38,427 nt of DNA from Candidatus Xenobia bacterium (GTDB lineage: Bacteria; Vulcanimicrobiota; Xenobia; Xenobiales; QWHO01), in the NCBI GenBank assembly GCA_045863235.1, contig BTUM01000077.1:1-38427 (forward strand). The letters run 5' to 3'. Positions 1 through 8,668 of the stretch are shown one piece after another (positions within the stretch are counted from its first letter, which is position 1; each line of letters starts with the position of its first letter). Position numbers and translations under genes: made by a program. The notes under the pieces were generated by a model, which worked only from the letters and a program-made list of their open reading frames with translations, did not search any database and had not been told where the DNA came from.

Positions 1-26
1 CCGTAGCATCCCGCCTCCACCCGTTC

Positions 27-262
27 CAAGCGCGCTTGCCGAAAGCTCACGGCGCTGCGGCTGCGGGCTGCGGAGGGGGGCCCGACTCTGGACGCGCGAG
101 GGGGTTGCTAGACGCCCTCGCAGGCGGCGTGGGCGCCGCACTCGATCTTTCATGCTGCGCGGGGCCCGCAGCCCGCAGCCCGCAGCAGCCGCCTGCCACC
201 CGACGATGCTTTCCCCCGAGGCCTGCGGGAAGACTTGTCGCGGGCCTCGGGCGACGGAGCTT
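27..262. repeat. Nested inverted-repeat, highly structured non-coding element (REP/MITE-like or structured RNA)
   Basis: Perfect 15-bp IR at 59-73/166-180, enclosing hairpins 96-102/115-121 and 124-129/134-139. Further hairpin at 215-227/239-251, palindrome CAAGCGCGCTTG at 27-38, and CCCGCAG x3 at 165-185. Confidence 0.55.
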
Positions 263-375
263 CCTCTTCGACGATACCCAAAAAATGAGGCCGCGCCGTA
301 AAGCGTCAGAAGACCAGGACCACTGGCGCCATACTCTGCAATCACCACTCGCGCAAGACTATGAGGCTCTTTCTT

Positions 376-825
376 CTACACCCATTTAATTTTGTCGAAT
401 GCTATTTTGTCGCCAGATATCCAGCCTGCTCCTCTAGCGCTTAGCCAAGTTACCGAATCACGGAAATAGCATTCGAGCGACCAATCAGGTGCGGCAGCCC
501 AATACGTAATGTCGCCGAACTTCAGTATTGTCGAGCCGTCAATGCAGGGCCAATTTCCAAGTTTAAGGTGGACTTCGATGACAGCACGAAACACCAGAGT
601 TACCGTGGTTGTTTCTTTCCGGGATCCGTTCTGTAACTCATGGCGCAACAGTATCAAACAGGCAGAGAGTTGTTCTGGATCTGCGCCTGATAAGGGCCCT
701 TCTTGTAGATACCCAATATCGGAAATGTATTGCAGATTAACAAGATGGTAGTTTCTCAGGTTTTGGTATTTACGATCTAGATTTTCCCAATTCTCGGAGG
801 CGCCTGTTCCTGCTAGATAGTTCAC
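376..825 (-). CDS. Putative immunity protein of the upstream Rhs toxin (149 aa)
   Basis: AT-richer ORF directly downstream of the Rhs tip. GTG start preceded by AGGAG and overlapping (GTGA) the TGA that closes the extended toxin frame. Confidence 0.7.
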   Translation of the reverse strand: MNYLAGTGASENWENLDRKYQNLRNYHLVNLQYISDIGYLQEGPLSGADPEQLSACLILLRHELQNGSRKETTTVTLVFRAVIEVHLKLGNWPCIDGSTILKFGDITYWAAAPDWSLECYFRDSVTWLSARGAGWISGDKIAFDKIKWV

Positions 826-1922
826 CTAAACTCTCCTAGAATATATGTTGTTGAGTCTCCACGCGAGGCTGGCTGCCCAACGAATCGGGAATCAATTCCA
901 TGTTATTCAATGATAGTGTCTTCCTTTACACCGTGGAGATTCTTATAGTAATCGTTCGGAAGAAACTGGCGGCGAGTAGAGTAAGAGTCGTAGGCATCGT
1001 GCGGACAAGGGATATTTTGGTTGGAGAGCCTTGGATTGATATCGAAGTCGAACATCCGTTGGAATCTCGTTGCCGCTGCAGCGCTGACGAACGGAAGAGC
1101 TAATCCTGCTATTATAAGCGCTCCACTGCCCCAACCAGCGTCACCATTGTAAATGTCGTAACCTGTCACAGCCCAATCAAACGGCTCAAACAGTGTGGCA
1201 CCCATAGCTACCAACGCAGGCACCGAGGTTTGTTCTCTAAATGCATCATACTCCGCCCGCTCGGCCGCTGTAGACGGACCCCACGATCTGCTGTCCCATG
1301 TCTCTTCTGGCCTCAGTCCATCGACATCCACCCCGTTCACCGGGTTGCCGTAACAGTAATCGTACCGGTTTATCCCGCCCAGCACGTCCCTGCTCAAGAA
1401 CCGCTGCAACCCCGTCGGGTCGAACCAGCGATGCCGCATCCAGATCAGCCCGGTGGCCGCGTCCATGCGCACCCCCAGCGAGCCCACGTAGCCGAACGAG
1501 AATCCCCCCGAAAAGGGCGAGCTGGAGCCAAGCTGCGCCCCCCGTGCGTCGAATTCGTAGTGGGCCACCACGGCGCCGGTGGCGTCCGTGATGGCGCGCA
1601 CGCTGCCGTTGTGTCCGTCGGAGTGCACCTGGTAGACCTGGCCCCCGCGCTCGAAGCTGTGCAGCTGCCCCTGCGGCGCGATGTAGCGGGTCACCACCGA
1701 CCCGGTGGTCTCCTTGACCAGGGTCCAGCCGTCCCACTCGAAGTTCGTGGTTACGCCCCCGGAAACACGGGTCAGCATGCGTCCCAACGAGTCATACTGG
1801 TAGCTCACGTCCACGCCACCGGGCCCCTGCACGCGGGTCAGGCGAGGCTCGTCGGGGTCCCAGGTGTATTTGGGAGACCATGGAGCCGCGCACGCATGAT
1901 GCACATCTGGGAACGCGGTCAT
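822..1922 (-). pseudogene. Orphan Rhs-repeat core fragment with C-terminal polymorphic toxin; in-frame TAA at 903-905
   Basis: YD-type repeats (YQYDSLGRM, YEFDARG), core motifs TGLIWMRHRWFDP..RFLSRD and NPVNGVDVDGL, then a lower-GC tip. ORF 903..1922 stays open for 26 more codons, to TGA at 822-824. Confidence 0.8.
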
Positions 1923-1965
1923 GGAGAGAGAGTTCCGCGCCGCCGGGATGGACCCTCGTGGGAAG

Positions 1966-2273
1966 TCAGAGCCTGATCTTGTCGGGGTCCTGGCGAGTGT
2001 GAAAGAACAGCGAGATGCGGGCCTCGTTGGTCTCGGGAAGCAGTCGATACATCATTCGGTATCGCCCGGCCAGACGATCAGCTCGCGCACTAGCGGGTCC
2101 TCAAGTTCGGGAACCACACGGCCGATCTCGGGAAAGGCCGCGATGGAGCGGGCCGCCTTCTTCGCTTCCTCGCGCAGTGCCGAGCCAATCTGGGGGTCGT
2201 CGGGGCGCAGAAGCCTGGCTGCCTCCCGAAGCTGCTCGCGAGCTGTCCTGGTCCAGGTTACCCGGGCAGCCAC
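1966..2273 (-). pseudogene. RelE/ParE-family toxin, frameshifted near 2070
   Basis: N-terminal part RVTWTRTA...FPEIGRVVPELEDPLVRELIV. The shifted frame continues AGRYRMMYRLLPETNEARISLFFHTRQDPDKIRL* (TGA 1966-1968), a typical ParE C-terminus. Confidence 0.8.
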
Positions 2274-2442
2274 TGGTCGAGGTCTTCTTCGACCTGCTCC
2301 AGCGTGAAAAGCTCGCCCCGGTCGCCTTCAGCGAAGCTCTCCTGGAGCTTGGCGAAGAGCGTGAGGCGATACTGGAGGTCTTCGATCGAGTAGTCCCCTT
2401 CCGGCAGACGGCTCACGAAGTTCTGCACTCTTGCTTGGTCAT
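2258..2442 (-). pseudogene. Cognate antitoxin (about 61 aa), apparent 1-nt deletion after codon 5
   Basis: GGAGG then ATG at 2442 gives MTKQE; adding one G joins it to VQNFVSRLPEGDYSIEDLQYRL...FTLEQVEEDLDQW. Overlaps the toxin start by 16 nt. An in-frame GTG at 2428 is an alternative start. Confidence 0.7.
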
Positions 2443-2758
2443 CAGGCCTCCAGATTCGGCGAGCCAGGCAGCGATATTGCGCCCACACAAAGAAGTTCGG
2501 GGTACAAAGCAATGCCCCTGTCTCGGCGAAATCCCGGAGCGCCTGGATCGCGTCACTGGGCAGCGCTCGGGAAACTCTCTTACGATGGGGTCAACCAGGT
2601 CGGGCGTCGTAGATCGCGGACTCATAGGTGTCCGAGCTGCCGCCCGAGACGGCTTGAACTGCCAGAGAGCGAGTTCCGCCGCGCCTGGCGCAAAGAATGC
2701 GAAGCGTTCATAACTCCTCAATGGTGCCGGGGGGGCCGATTCGGTTAGCATCCCGGTC

Positions 2759-3775
2759 ATGAGCGTCCTCAGCTGGGTCCGTCACAACGTCGGTTCGAGC
2801 AGCGACTACCGCCCTGCCAATTCGATGGTCAACAACCTGCGCCGCGACGGTCTGGGAGGGGCCGCCGCCGGAGCCGGGATCGGGGCCGCCGTGGGCGGCA
2901 CGGGCGGCTTTCTGTGGGGTCTGAGCAACCTGGCCAACGACCGGGTGGAGGTGGTCAATACCACTTACCAGGTGACCCGGCCGGTGCTGGTGGGAGCAGA
3001 CTTCGACTCGGGCAGCAGCTACTGGGTCTCCACCGACGACAAGGGCGGAGGATACTGGCACACCGACCCGGACGACTGGGATCCCATCATCCGCCACGAT
3101 CCTACCGGAGCGACCTACGAGCGGCAGAGCTTCAAGCACACGATGCTGTTCGGCCCGGTGACGGGTGCCCTGGTGGGGCTGGGAGCTGGCGCCGTGCTGG
3201 GCGGCATCGCCGGCGCCATCACTCAGTGCGTGCTCAATCGCGACAAGGACCCCTATCAGTGGCCTCCGCCTCCCCAGAAGGTGCCCACCACGCCCGAGAA
3301 ACAGCGTCTGGCCCGACTGGCCGACCGCGCCCCGCTCCTGGGCACTGCCGCCGGCGGTGCGCTGGGTCTGGGAGCCGGCATCCTGTTGGGCTCCATCAGC
3401 CAGGGCAAGGCGCAGAGCCTGACCCAGACCCTGTCCGAACCGGTTTTCCAGCGCGAGCAGATCGGTTGGATACCCTACAACCGCGACACCTCCAGCACCC
3501 GGCCCTTCATGGAGCCGGGAGGGCGCATTTACTATGACAATCTGCCCCGCGACCGTTTCGGCGAAGTGCCTTTCGCCGGGCGCGAGGCGGTCTACCGTGA
3601 CGTGCCCACAGGCGAATTCACCCAGCGCACGGTGACCGAGCAGAGTCACAAGCTTTCGCCCCTGACAGGCGGCCTGATCGGGCTGGGTCTTGGGCTGGCC
3701 GGTGGCTTCCTGGCCGGCGTGGCCAGCGGAGTCTTGCTGAAGGCGGCGGCAGGGGAGGACCCGCCGCGCTACTGA
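2759..3775 (+). CDS. Glycine-zipper membrane protein with internal duplication (338 aa)
   Basis: Four GxxxG-rich hydrophobic segments arranged as two similar modules; codon usage typical of the window. Confidence 0.8.
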   Translation: MSVLSWVRHNVGSSSDYRPANSMVNNLRRDGLGGAAAGAGIGAAVGGTGGFLWGLSNLANDRVEVVNTTYQVTRPVLVGADFDSGSSYWVSTDDKGGGYWHTDPDDWDPIIRHDPTGATYERQSFKHTMLFGPVTGALVGLGAGAVLGGIAGAITQCVLNRDKDPYQWPPPPQKVPTTPEKQRLARLADRAPLLGTAAGGALGLGAGILLGSISQGKAQSLTQTLSEPVFQREQIGWIPYNRDTSSTRPFMEPGGRIYYDNLPRDRFGEVPFAGREAVYRDVPTGEFTQRTVTEQSHKLSPLTGGLIGLGLGLAGGFLAGVASGVLLKAAAGEDPPRY

Positions 3776-3802
3776 GCGCCTCCCGGGCGCCCGGACTCAG
3801 CC

Positions 3803-4822
3803 TCAACAGCCCTTTCGCGTTCGCCGCACCCCGGCCGGCGCCAGGTAGAGGTCGGCCTCCAGCGGTACAGCCACCGTCCCCAGTCGTGCGCAGCGCCGGC
3901 CTTCCTCCAGAGCGTCGTTGAAGCTCGCGAATTCCTGGCGGGGGGTCCCCGACCCGGGCACGGCACCCTTCCGCAGTATGTCCATCTCCTCGATGAGCAT
4001 CTCCGCGGGGAGCTTGTCGTGCACGACCACCAGGTCCCCTTCGTCGAGACGGGCGCGCTCTGGCCCGGGTAGCGTTCCCAGGTAGCGATCGATGAGCCCC
4101 TCGCGCAGGCCCTCCATCGCCTGGCGGCGCTGCATTTGCAGAGTCTGCTCCAGCGACTCCGGGGTCAACGTCTGTCCCGAGAGCTCGGCCACCCGGACGA
4201 CCTCCTCGCGGGACGGGCCGCCCCGTGCGTTGCGCCAGTCGATTTCGTCGGCATAAGACTGCTCCAGGTCGGTGACGAAGCTGGCCTGGCTGAGGGAGAT
4301 CAGTCCGACTTGCCTTCGCTCACGAAAGAAGGCCTCTGCCAGCTCTCGGGGGCTGCCTGGTCGATAGCTCTTGGTGTGGCCCTCGCGACCATCGAGCCCG
4401 GTGGGCTTGAGGTTGGCAAAGGTGAGAAGGGCGCCGTCCTCGTACTTGCAGACCAGGTCTACCCAGACCCCCGCTTTGTCGTGTTCCCAGACCACCGCGT
4501 AAGCCGTGTTGTCCCGGGAGAGGAAGCCCTGCAGCCGGACAAAGCCCATCTCCTCGATGGTAAAGGTGCCCAGGCTCTCGAAGCCCGCCTGGGTCACCTC
4601 CCGCACCGCCTGCTGAACGTCCTGGGCGTCTTTCCACTCGACCGCACTCGAAGGTTGCAGATGGATGCGCACCGGAACATAGCTCAGGGCCAGATCCTCG
4701 AGCTGTCCGGCCAGCTTGCTCAGGAAACGGCGCAAGAAGAGCTTGATGCCGACCACCAGCAGCATCAGCATCAAGAGACCCCCAACCACCGCTCCCAGGC
4801 CTATCTGGACCCATAAAGGCAT
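3803..4822 (-). CDS. Hypothetical protein with N-terminal membrane anchor
   Basis: ATG at 4822 after a GGGGGTGA SD-like motif; hydrophobic N-terminus (WVQIGLGAVVGGLLMLMLLVVGI) followed by a globular region. Confidence 0.75.
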   Translation of the reverse strand: MPLWVQIGLGAVVGGLLMLMLLVVGIKLFLRRFLSKLAGQLEDLALSYVPVRIHLQPSSAVEWKDAQDVQQAVREVTQAGFESLGTFTIEEMGFVRLQGFLSRDNTAYAVVWEHDKAGVWVDLVCKYEDGALLTFANLKPTGLDGREGHTKSYRPGSPRELAEAFFRERRQVGLISLSQASFVTDLEQSYADEIDWRNARGGPSREEVVRVAELSGQTLTPESLEQTLQMQRRQAMEGLREGLIDRYLGTLPGPERARLDEGDLVVVHDKLPAEMLIEEMDILRKGAVPGSGTPRQEFASFNDALEEGRRCARLGTVAVPLEADLYLAPAGVRRTRKGC

Positions 4823-4910
4823 GTGATTCACCCCCATCGCGCTTCTTGAGCGGGTTCTCCAGGAGTCCCCCTTCGCCCTTGCGAATGCCGGCTTCCCGGG
4901 GAGGTGCAGC

Positions 4911-5741
4911 GTGTTCGGAATGTTCAAGCCCAAGGGGGCCCAGGCCGTGGCCCGGGCGGGTCAACTCTACCAGGCTGGCAAGAAGGCCGAGGCGCTGCAG
5001 ATGGCCCTGTCCGGGGGCAAGGCCGACCCCACCGGCTGGACCCTGGCGGCGACCATCGCCCTGGAGCTCGAGCGCTATCCCGAGGCCCTGGAAGCGGCCG
5101 ACCGGGCCCTGGAGAGCTCGCTGAGCGATGCCAGTAAGGCAGGGGCCTGGAACCTCAAGGGCCAGGCCCTGGCGGGGATGGACCGCATGGCCGAGGCGCG
5201 CGCCTGCTTTGGACCGGCCCAGGCTCAGCCGATGCAGGCGCTCACCCTGGCCACCGTGCTGGCCCTTCGGCCCCCCAGCGACGCTCCCCCTCGCAGGGCG
5301 CCGGTGGTGCTTTCGCCCAGCGGCATCAAGTGCTGGTTTCCCGGTGCCACCGAGCGTCAGCAACACGGAGGCCAGAGCACATTCTCGCAGTCGACCCCGG
5401 GGATGGACTTCAAGCTGGTCTGCAAGTACCTCCCCGCTGACCAGACCGAGTTCCTGCGCACCCTCGAACCCGAGAAGCTCCTCTCGAGCGAATTGGAGAA
5501 GTGCCGACCCTCCCCCCCGTGTCAACTGCTCAGGTCCGAGCTCCAGCCCGAGCGGTCTTGCGTGGGTTACGGGATCTTCGACCCGCAGTTGAGGAAGCTG
5601 CAGATCGAGCGAGTCTGGTTCGACCTGGGCAATTCGCGCCAGGTGCAGGCCAGCGTCATCATCGCCGACTTGAAGCGGGCGGCTGAGCCAGAGCCGGGTT
5701 ACTTTCTCAATCTGATCGATCTTTCCGGGCCGGTGAGCTAA
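4911..5741 (+). CDS. TPR-containing protein
   Basis: GGAGG then GTG; TPR-like helices (LERYPEALEAADRALE; AWNLKGQALAGMDRMAEARACF). Confidence 0.75.
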   Translation: MFGMFKPKGAQAVARAGQLYQAGKKAEALQMALSGGKADPTGWTLAATIALELERYPEALEAADRALESSLSDASKAGAWNLKGQALAGMDRMAEARACFGPAQAQPMQALTLATVLALRPPSDAPPRRAPVVLSPSGIKCWFPGATERQQHGGQSTFSQSTPGMDFKLVCKYLPADQTEFLRTLEPEKLLSSELEKCRPSPPCQLLRSELQPERSCVGYGIFDPQLRKLQIERVWFDLGNSRQVQASVIIADLKRAAEPEPGYFLNLIDLSGPVS

Positions 5742-5752
5742 AGGCGCGAGCT

Positions 5753-6597
5753 CTAAAGTTCTCTTGCCAGCTCGGTCAGGTGGCGGATATGGGCCTCGGG
5801 ACCTGCCAGCCCCTGGCCCATGGTGGCCAGGTAGAGATGGGTGGCTCCCAGTCGGCGCCAGGTTTCGGCCTGTTCGCGCCAACCCGGTTTTCCGTCCAAT
5901 CGGGCCTCGATGCCGTAGCCGTCCCAGCTCAGCCCGGCCTGCTCGCGCCAGCCGCGCATCCGCTCGAAGGTGGCCTCCCAGCCGCCCTCCAGCGCTCGCA
6001 GGGGGAAGAAGCCATCCCCCAGCAGTGCTGCTCTCTTGAGAGCTGGCTCCGCCTTGCCTCCGAACCAGATCGGGATGGGCCGCGGGGGCGCGGGTTCAGC
6101 CCCAACCCCCGCAACTGGTGGAAACGGCCCTGGTAGTCCAGCTCCTGGCGGTTCCAGAGCAGGCGCAGCACTTCCACCTGCTCTTCCATGCGAGCAGCCC
6201 GGCTGGCGAAGTCGCAGCCGAGCCCTTCGAACTCGGCGAAGTTCCAGCCGATCCCGACTCCCAGCCGGAATTTGCCTCCGCTCTTGAGGAAGACGTCAGC
6301 GGCTTGCTTTGCCACCAGCGCAGTCTGGCGCTGGGGCAGCACCAGGATGCCGGTGGCAAAGGAAAGCTCTGGCGCCACCGCGGCCATGAAGCTGAACAGC
6401 GTGAACGGCTCGTGGAACTCATCCTTAAGCCCGTAAGGCGCGTAGTCCCTGGGGAGACGCTCGGGGATCGCGCCCAGCACATGCTCGTAGGTGACCACGT
6501 GGTCGAAGCCCGCTTCGGTCACCGCTCGGGCGTATTCGCGCAGGCCCCCCGGGTCGCTGCCGATCTCGGTCTGGGGAAAGAGCACCCCGATGTGCAT
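5753..6597 (-). pseudogene. LLM-class F420-dependent oxidoreductase (Rv2161c-like), frameshifted at the G5 run 6084-6088
   Basis: MHIGVLFPQTEIG...FHEPF...LVLPQRQTALVAKQAA...GRFHQL. Restoring one base gives NPRPPRPIPIWFGG...RAALLGDGFFP, which runs into ORF 5753..5959. Confidence 0.85.
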
Positions 6598-6765
6598 GGA
6601 AGGTCCTTTCTGAGTTCGCGGTATGGGCAGCGCGACCGCAGCCTGTCTCAGGCGCCATTTGCTGACCGGGCTCCACTCCCCCTGCCTGGGGGAGTTTCGG
6701 GCCTGGCTGAGGATGAGAGCCGGTGGCTGCCTCCAGGCTGATGAGATCTGTCCCTTTAGAGGGAT

Positions 6766-7302
6766 ATGAAGAGCAGGCCGAATGCTTCTGTCGACTTGAG
6801 AGCTTTCCACAACTGGAACGCGACCGCTGCGGAGGTGGCCGCCGGCTACCCCTGCGACGACTTTCTGGCCGAGCCACGGGAAGCCATGTGGCGGGCCGTG
6901 GACATTGGCGCCCCCGTCCCGGTGATCTTCCGCTGGCTCTGCCAACTGCGGGTGGCGCCTTACAGTTATGACCTGCTCGACAACCTCGGCCGCACCAGTC
7001 CTCGCAGCCTGACGCCTGGCCTGGAGCAGCTCGCGCCCGGCCAGACCGTCATGACCATCTTCGAGCTGGTGGCCTTCGAAACGGACTCTCACCTGACCCT
7101 GCGCCTGCGCGACCGCCTGGCGCGGGCTCTCTTCGGCCAGTTGGCCTGTACCTACCAGGTCACCCCGGGGCGTCTCACCGTCAAGCTCTTGGTATGCTAT
7201 CCGCGCTGGTCGCCCATGCGCTGGATCCTGCCGCTGGGCGACCTCATCATGATGCGCAAGCAGTTGCTGACGCTGAAGAGGCTGGCCGAACGGGGGCAGT
7301 AA
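6766..7302 (+). CDS. Conserved hypothetical protein (SRPBCC-like fold possible)
   Basis: GAGGG then ATG; motifs YPCD, WRAVDIGAP..VFRWLCQL-like, PYSYDLLDN.GR.SPR.L and DLIMMRKQL. Confidence 0.7.
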   Translation: MKSRPNASVDLRAFHNWNATAAEVAAGYPCDDFLAEPREAMWRAVDIGAPVPVIFRWLCQLRVAPYSYDLLDNLGRTSPRSLTPGLEQLAPGQTVMTIFELVAFETDSHLTLRLRDRLARALFGQLACTYQVTPGRLTVKLLVCYPRWSPMRWILPLGDLIMMRKQLLTLKRLAERGQ

Positions 7303-7381
7303 GGCGCCGCGCGTTCCAATTCTGAACAGGTCAACGCTCGAGGTCCGCGGTCAGCGTCGGGGAGGCGTCGAGACGGAAGGA

Positions 7382-7405
7382 AGGCAGGTCCCGTGGGACC
7401 TGCCT
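7382..7405. terminator. GC-rich hairpin between convergent genes, probable intrinsic terminator
   Basis: AGGCAGGTCCC-GT-GGGACCTGCCT perfect IR, followed by TCCTTCC on the minus strand. Confidence 0.65.
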
Positions 7406-7430
7406 CCCTGTTCGCGAGCCGGATCTCAGC

Positions 7431-7820
7431 CTACCGCATGTAGGCCCTCTGGTCGGAGCCCAGCGTGACCACGCTGGCTTTCAGCAAGTTGATGCCGCTG
7501 AACTCGAGATAGCCGCCTTCGGAGTCCTCCACGCGAATGTCCCACAGGGCTGCGTCCGACTCAGCGTTGAAGCTGACGTTCAGCTGCTGGCCCTGTTTGA
7601 GGACTCGTCCGTCCAGAAGCTCATCCGAGTCGTCCCAGTCTTCGTTGCCGCTCTCACCCACGTAAACGGCGTGGATCTCCACTCCGGTCTGATTCACCAG
7701 GGCGAAGTCCTGGGCTCCGGCGCGGGCTACCCGGAAGCTGCAGAACACCAGAGCCAGCAGCATCAATCCCATTGCCAGAGCCCGTTTGCCCGTTCCAAAC
7801 GCCATCTTGTCCGTTTTCAT
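7431..7820 (-). CDS. Small secreted beta-rich protein
   Basis: GAGGAGG then ATG at 7820; signal peptide ending ARA/AGA; mature domain QDFALVNQTGVEIHAVYV...W...LWDIRVEDSEG. Confidence 0.8.
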   Translation of the reverse strand: MKTDKMAFGTGKRALAMGLMLLALVFCSFRVARAGAQDFALVNQTGVEIHAVYVGESGNEDWDDSDELLDGRVLKQGQQLNVSFNAESDAALWDIRVEDSEGGYLEFSGINLLKASVVTLGSDQRAYMR

Positions 7821-8005
7821 CGACAACCTCCTCACCGTGATGGGACCAGTCTACCCGGAGAGCGGCCAGGCGAACCGGACGCAACAGGGGCGCCAGGGGA
7901 GCGCCAGGAAAAAAGTTTTCGTCCCCCCTTTACTCCAGGGGGATTTGTCGGTATACGTGATTGGCTCTGGTTCGGAGCTCAGCTTGCAGATTGGCGGGAG
8001 ACAAC

Positions 8006-8656
8006 ATGGGTGGAGTCGTCCGAGGAATCGGCAGGGCTATTGGCGGTGTTGCCAGAGGTATCGGCAGCACAGTAGGCGGCGTCGTCAAGGGCGCCGGCCA
8101 GATCTTGAGCGGGCATCCCATCAAGGGACTCGGAACCATCGCCAAGGGCGTGGTTCAGGGCGCGGGGCACGTCATCAAAGGTGGCCTGGGCGCCGTCAAA
8201 GAGGTGCTCGGTGACCCCATTGTTGGAGTTCTGGGAGGTGCCGCCGCAGGTTTCTTGATCGGCGGACCGATCGGAGCGGTGCTCGGTGGCGTCTTCGGAC
8301 CCGCCATCGGCAAAGCTGGCGCCAGCGTCTTTGGCGCCCTCGAGAACGGCGTGGGGAACCTGTTTGGAATCAACAAGCCGGCCCAGGGCGTCGGTTCCCA
8401 GGAGAACGCCTATGCCTTCGGACCGTTTAACGGGCACGGATCCTACTATCCCGGCGGAGGTTTCTATCCTCAGGTGATGCCCGGGGGCTCACCGATGCAG
8501 ATGGGCGGTATGCCCATGGGCCCGGGGATGGACCCCATGACCCTCTTCATGGCGGGCATGATGTTGGGACGGATGATGAGTCAGGGTGGTCAGGCCCCGG
8601 CCTATCCTCCCCAGATGGGTCAATGCTGCCGGTGTCAATGTCAGTTTAGTTGCTGA
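8006..8656 (+). CDS. Gly-rich protein: 11-residue amphipathic repeats, glycine zipper, Pro/Met/Gly low-complexity region and Cys-rich tail (216 aa)
   Basis: GGGAG then ATG at 8006; repeats GGVVRGIGRAI/GGVARGIGSTV/GGVVKGAGQIL; ends in CCRCQCQFSC. Confidence 0.8.
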   Translation: MGGVVRGIGRAIGGVARGIGSTVGGVVKGAGQILSGHPIKGLGTIAKGVVQGAGHVIKGGLGAVKEVLGDPIVGVLGGAAAGFLIGGPIGAVLGGVFGPAIGKAGASVFGALENGVGNLFGINKPAQGVGSQENAYAFGPFNGHGSYYPGGGFYPQVMPGGSPMQMGGMPMGPGMDPMTLFMAGMMLGRMMSQGGQAPAYPPQMGQCCRCQCQFSC

Positions 8657-8668
8657 CGACCTGCGAAT

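Noticed and set aside
36..389. 117-aa ORF on the + strand
   Set aside because: Low-complexity translation of a GC-rich palindromic region, TTG start without SD, no recognisable motif.
2052..2054. TGA in the ParE gene as possible selenocysteine or read-through
   Set aside because: The in-frame continuation is not ParE-like, whereas the shifted frame is; it is a frameshift.
2413..2760. 115-aa minus-strand ORF and overlapping + ORFs
   Set aside because: Only MTKQE (the antitoxin start) looks real; the rest appears to be divergent intergenic sequence.
6598..7092. 165-codon N-terminal extension of the LLM ORF
   Set aside because: Antisense to the 6766..7302 gene; the family-typical start is ATG 6597.
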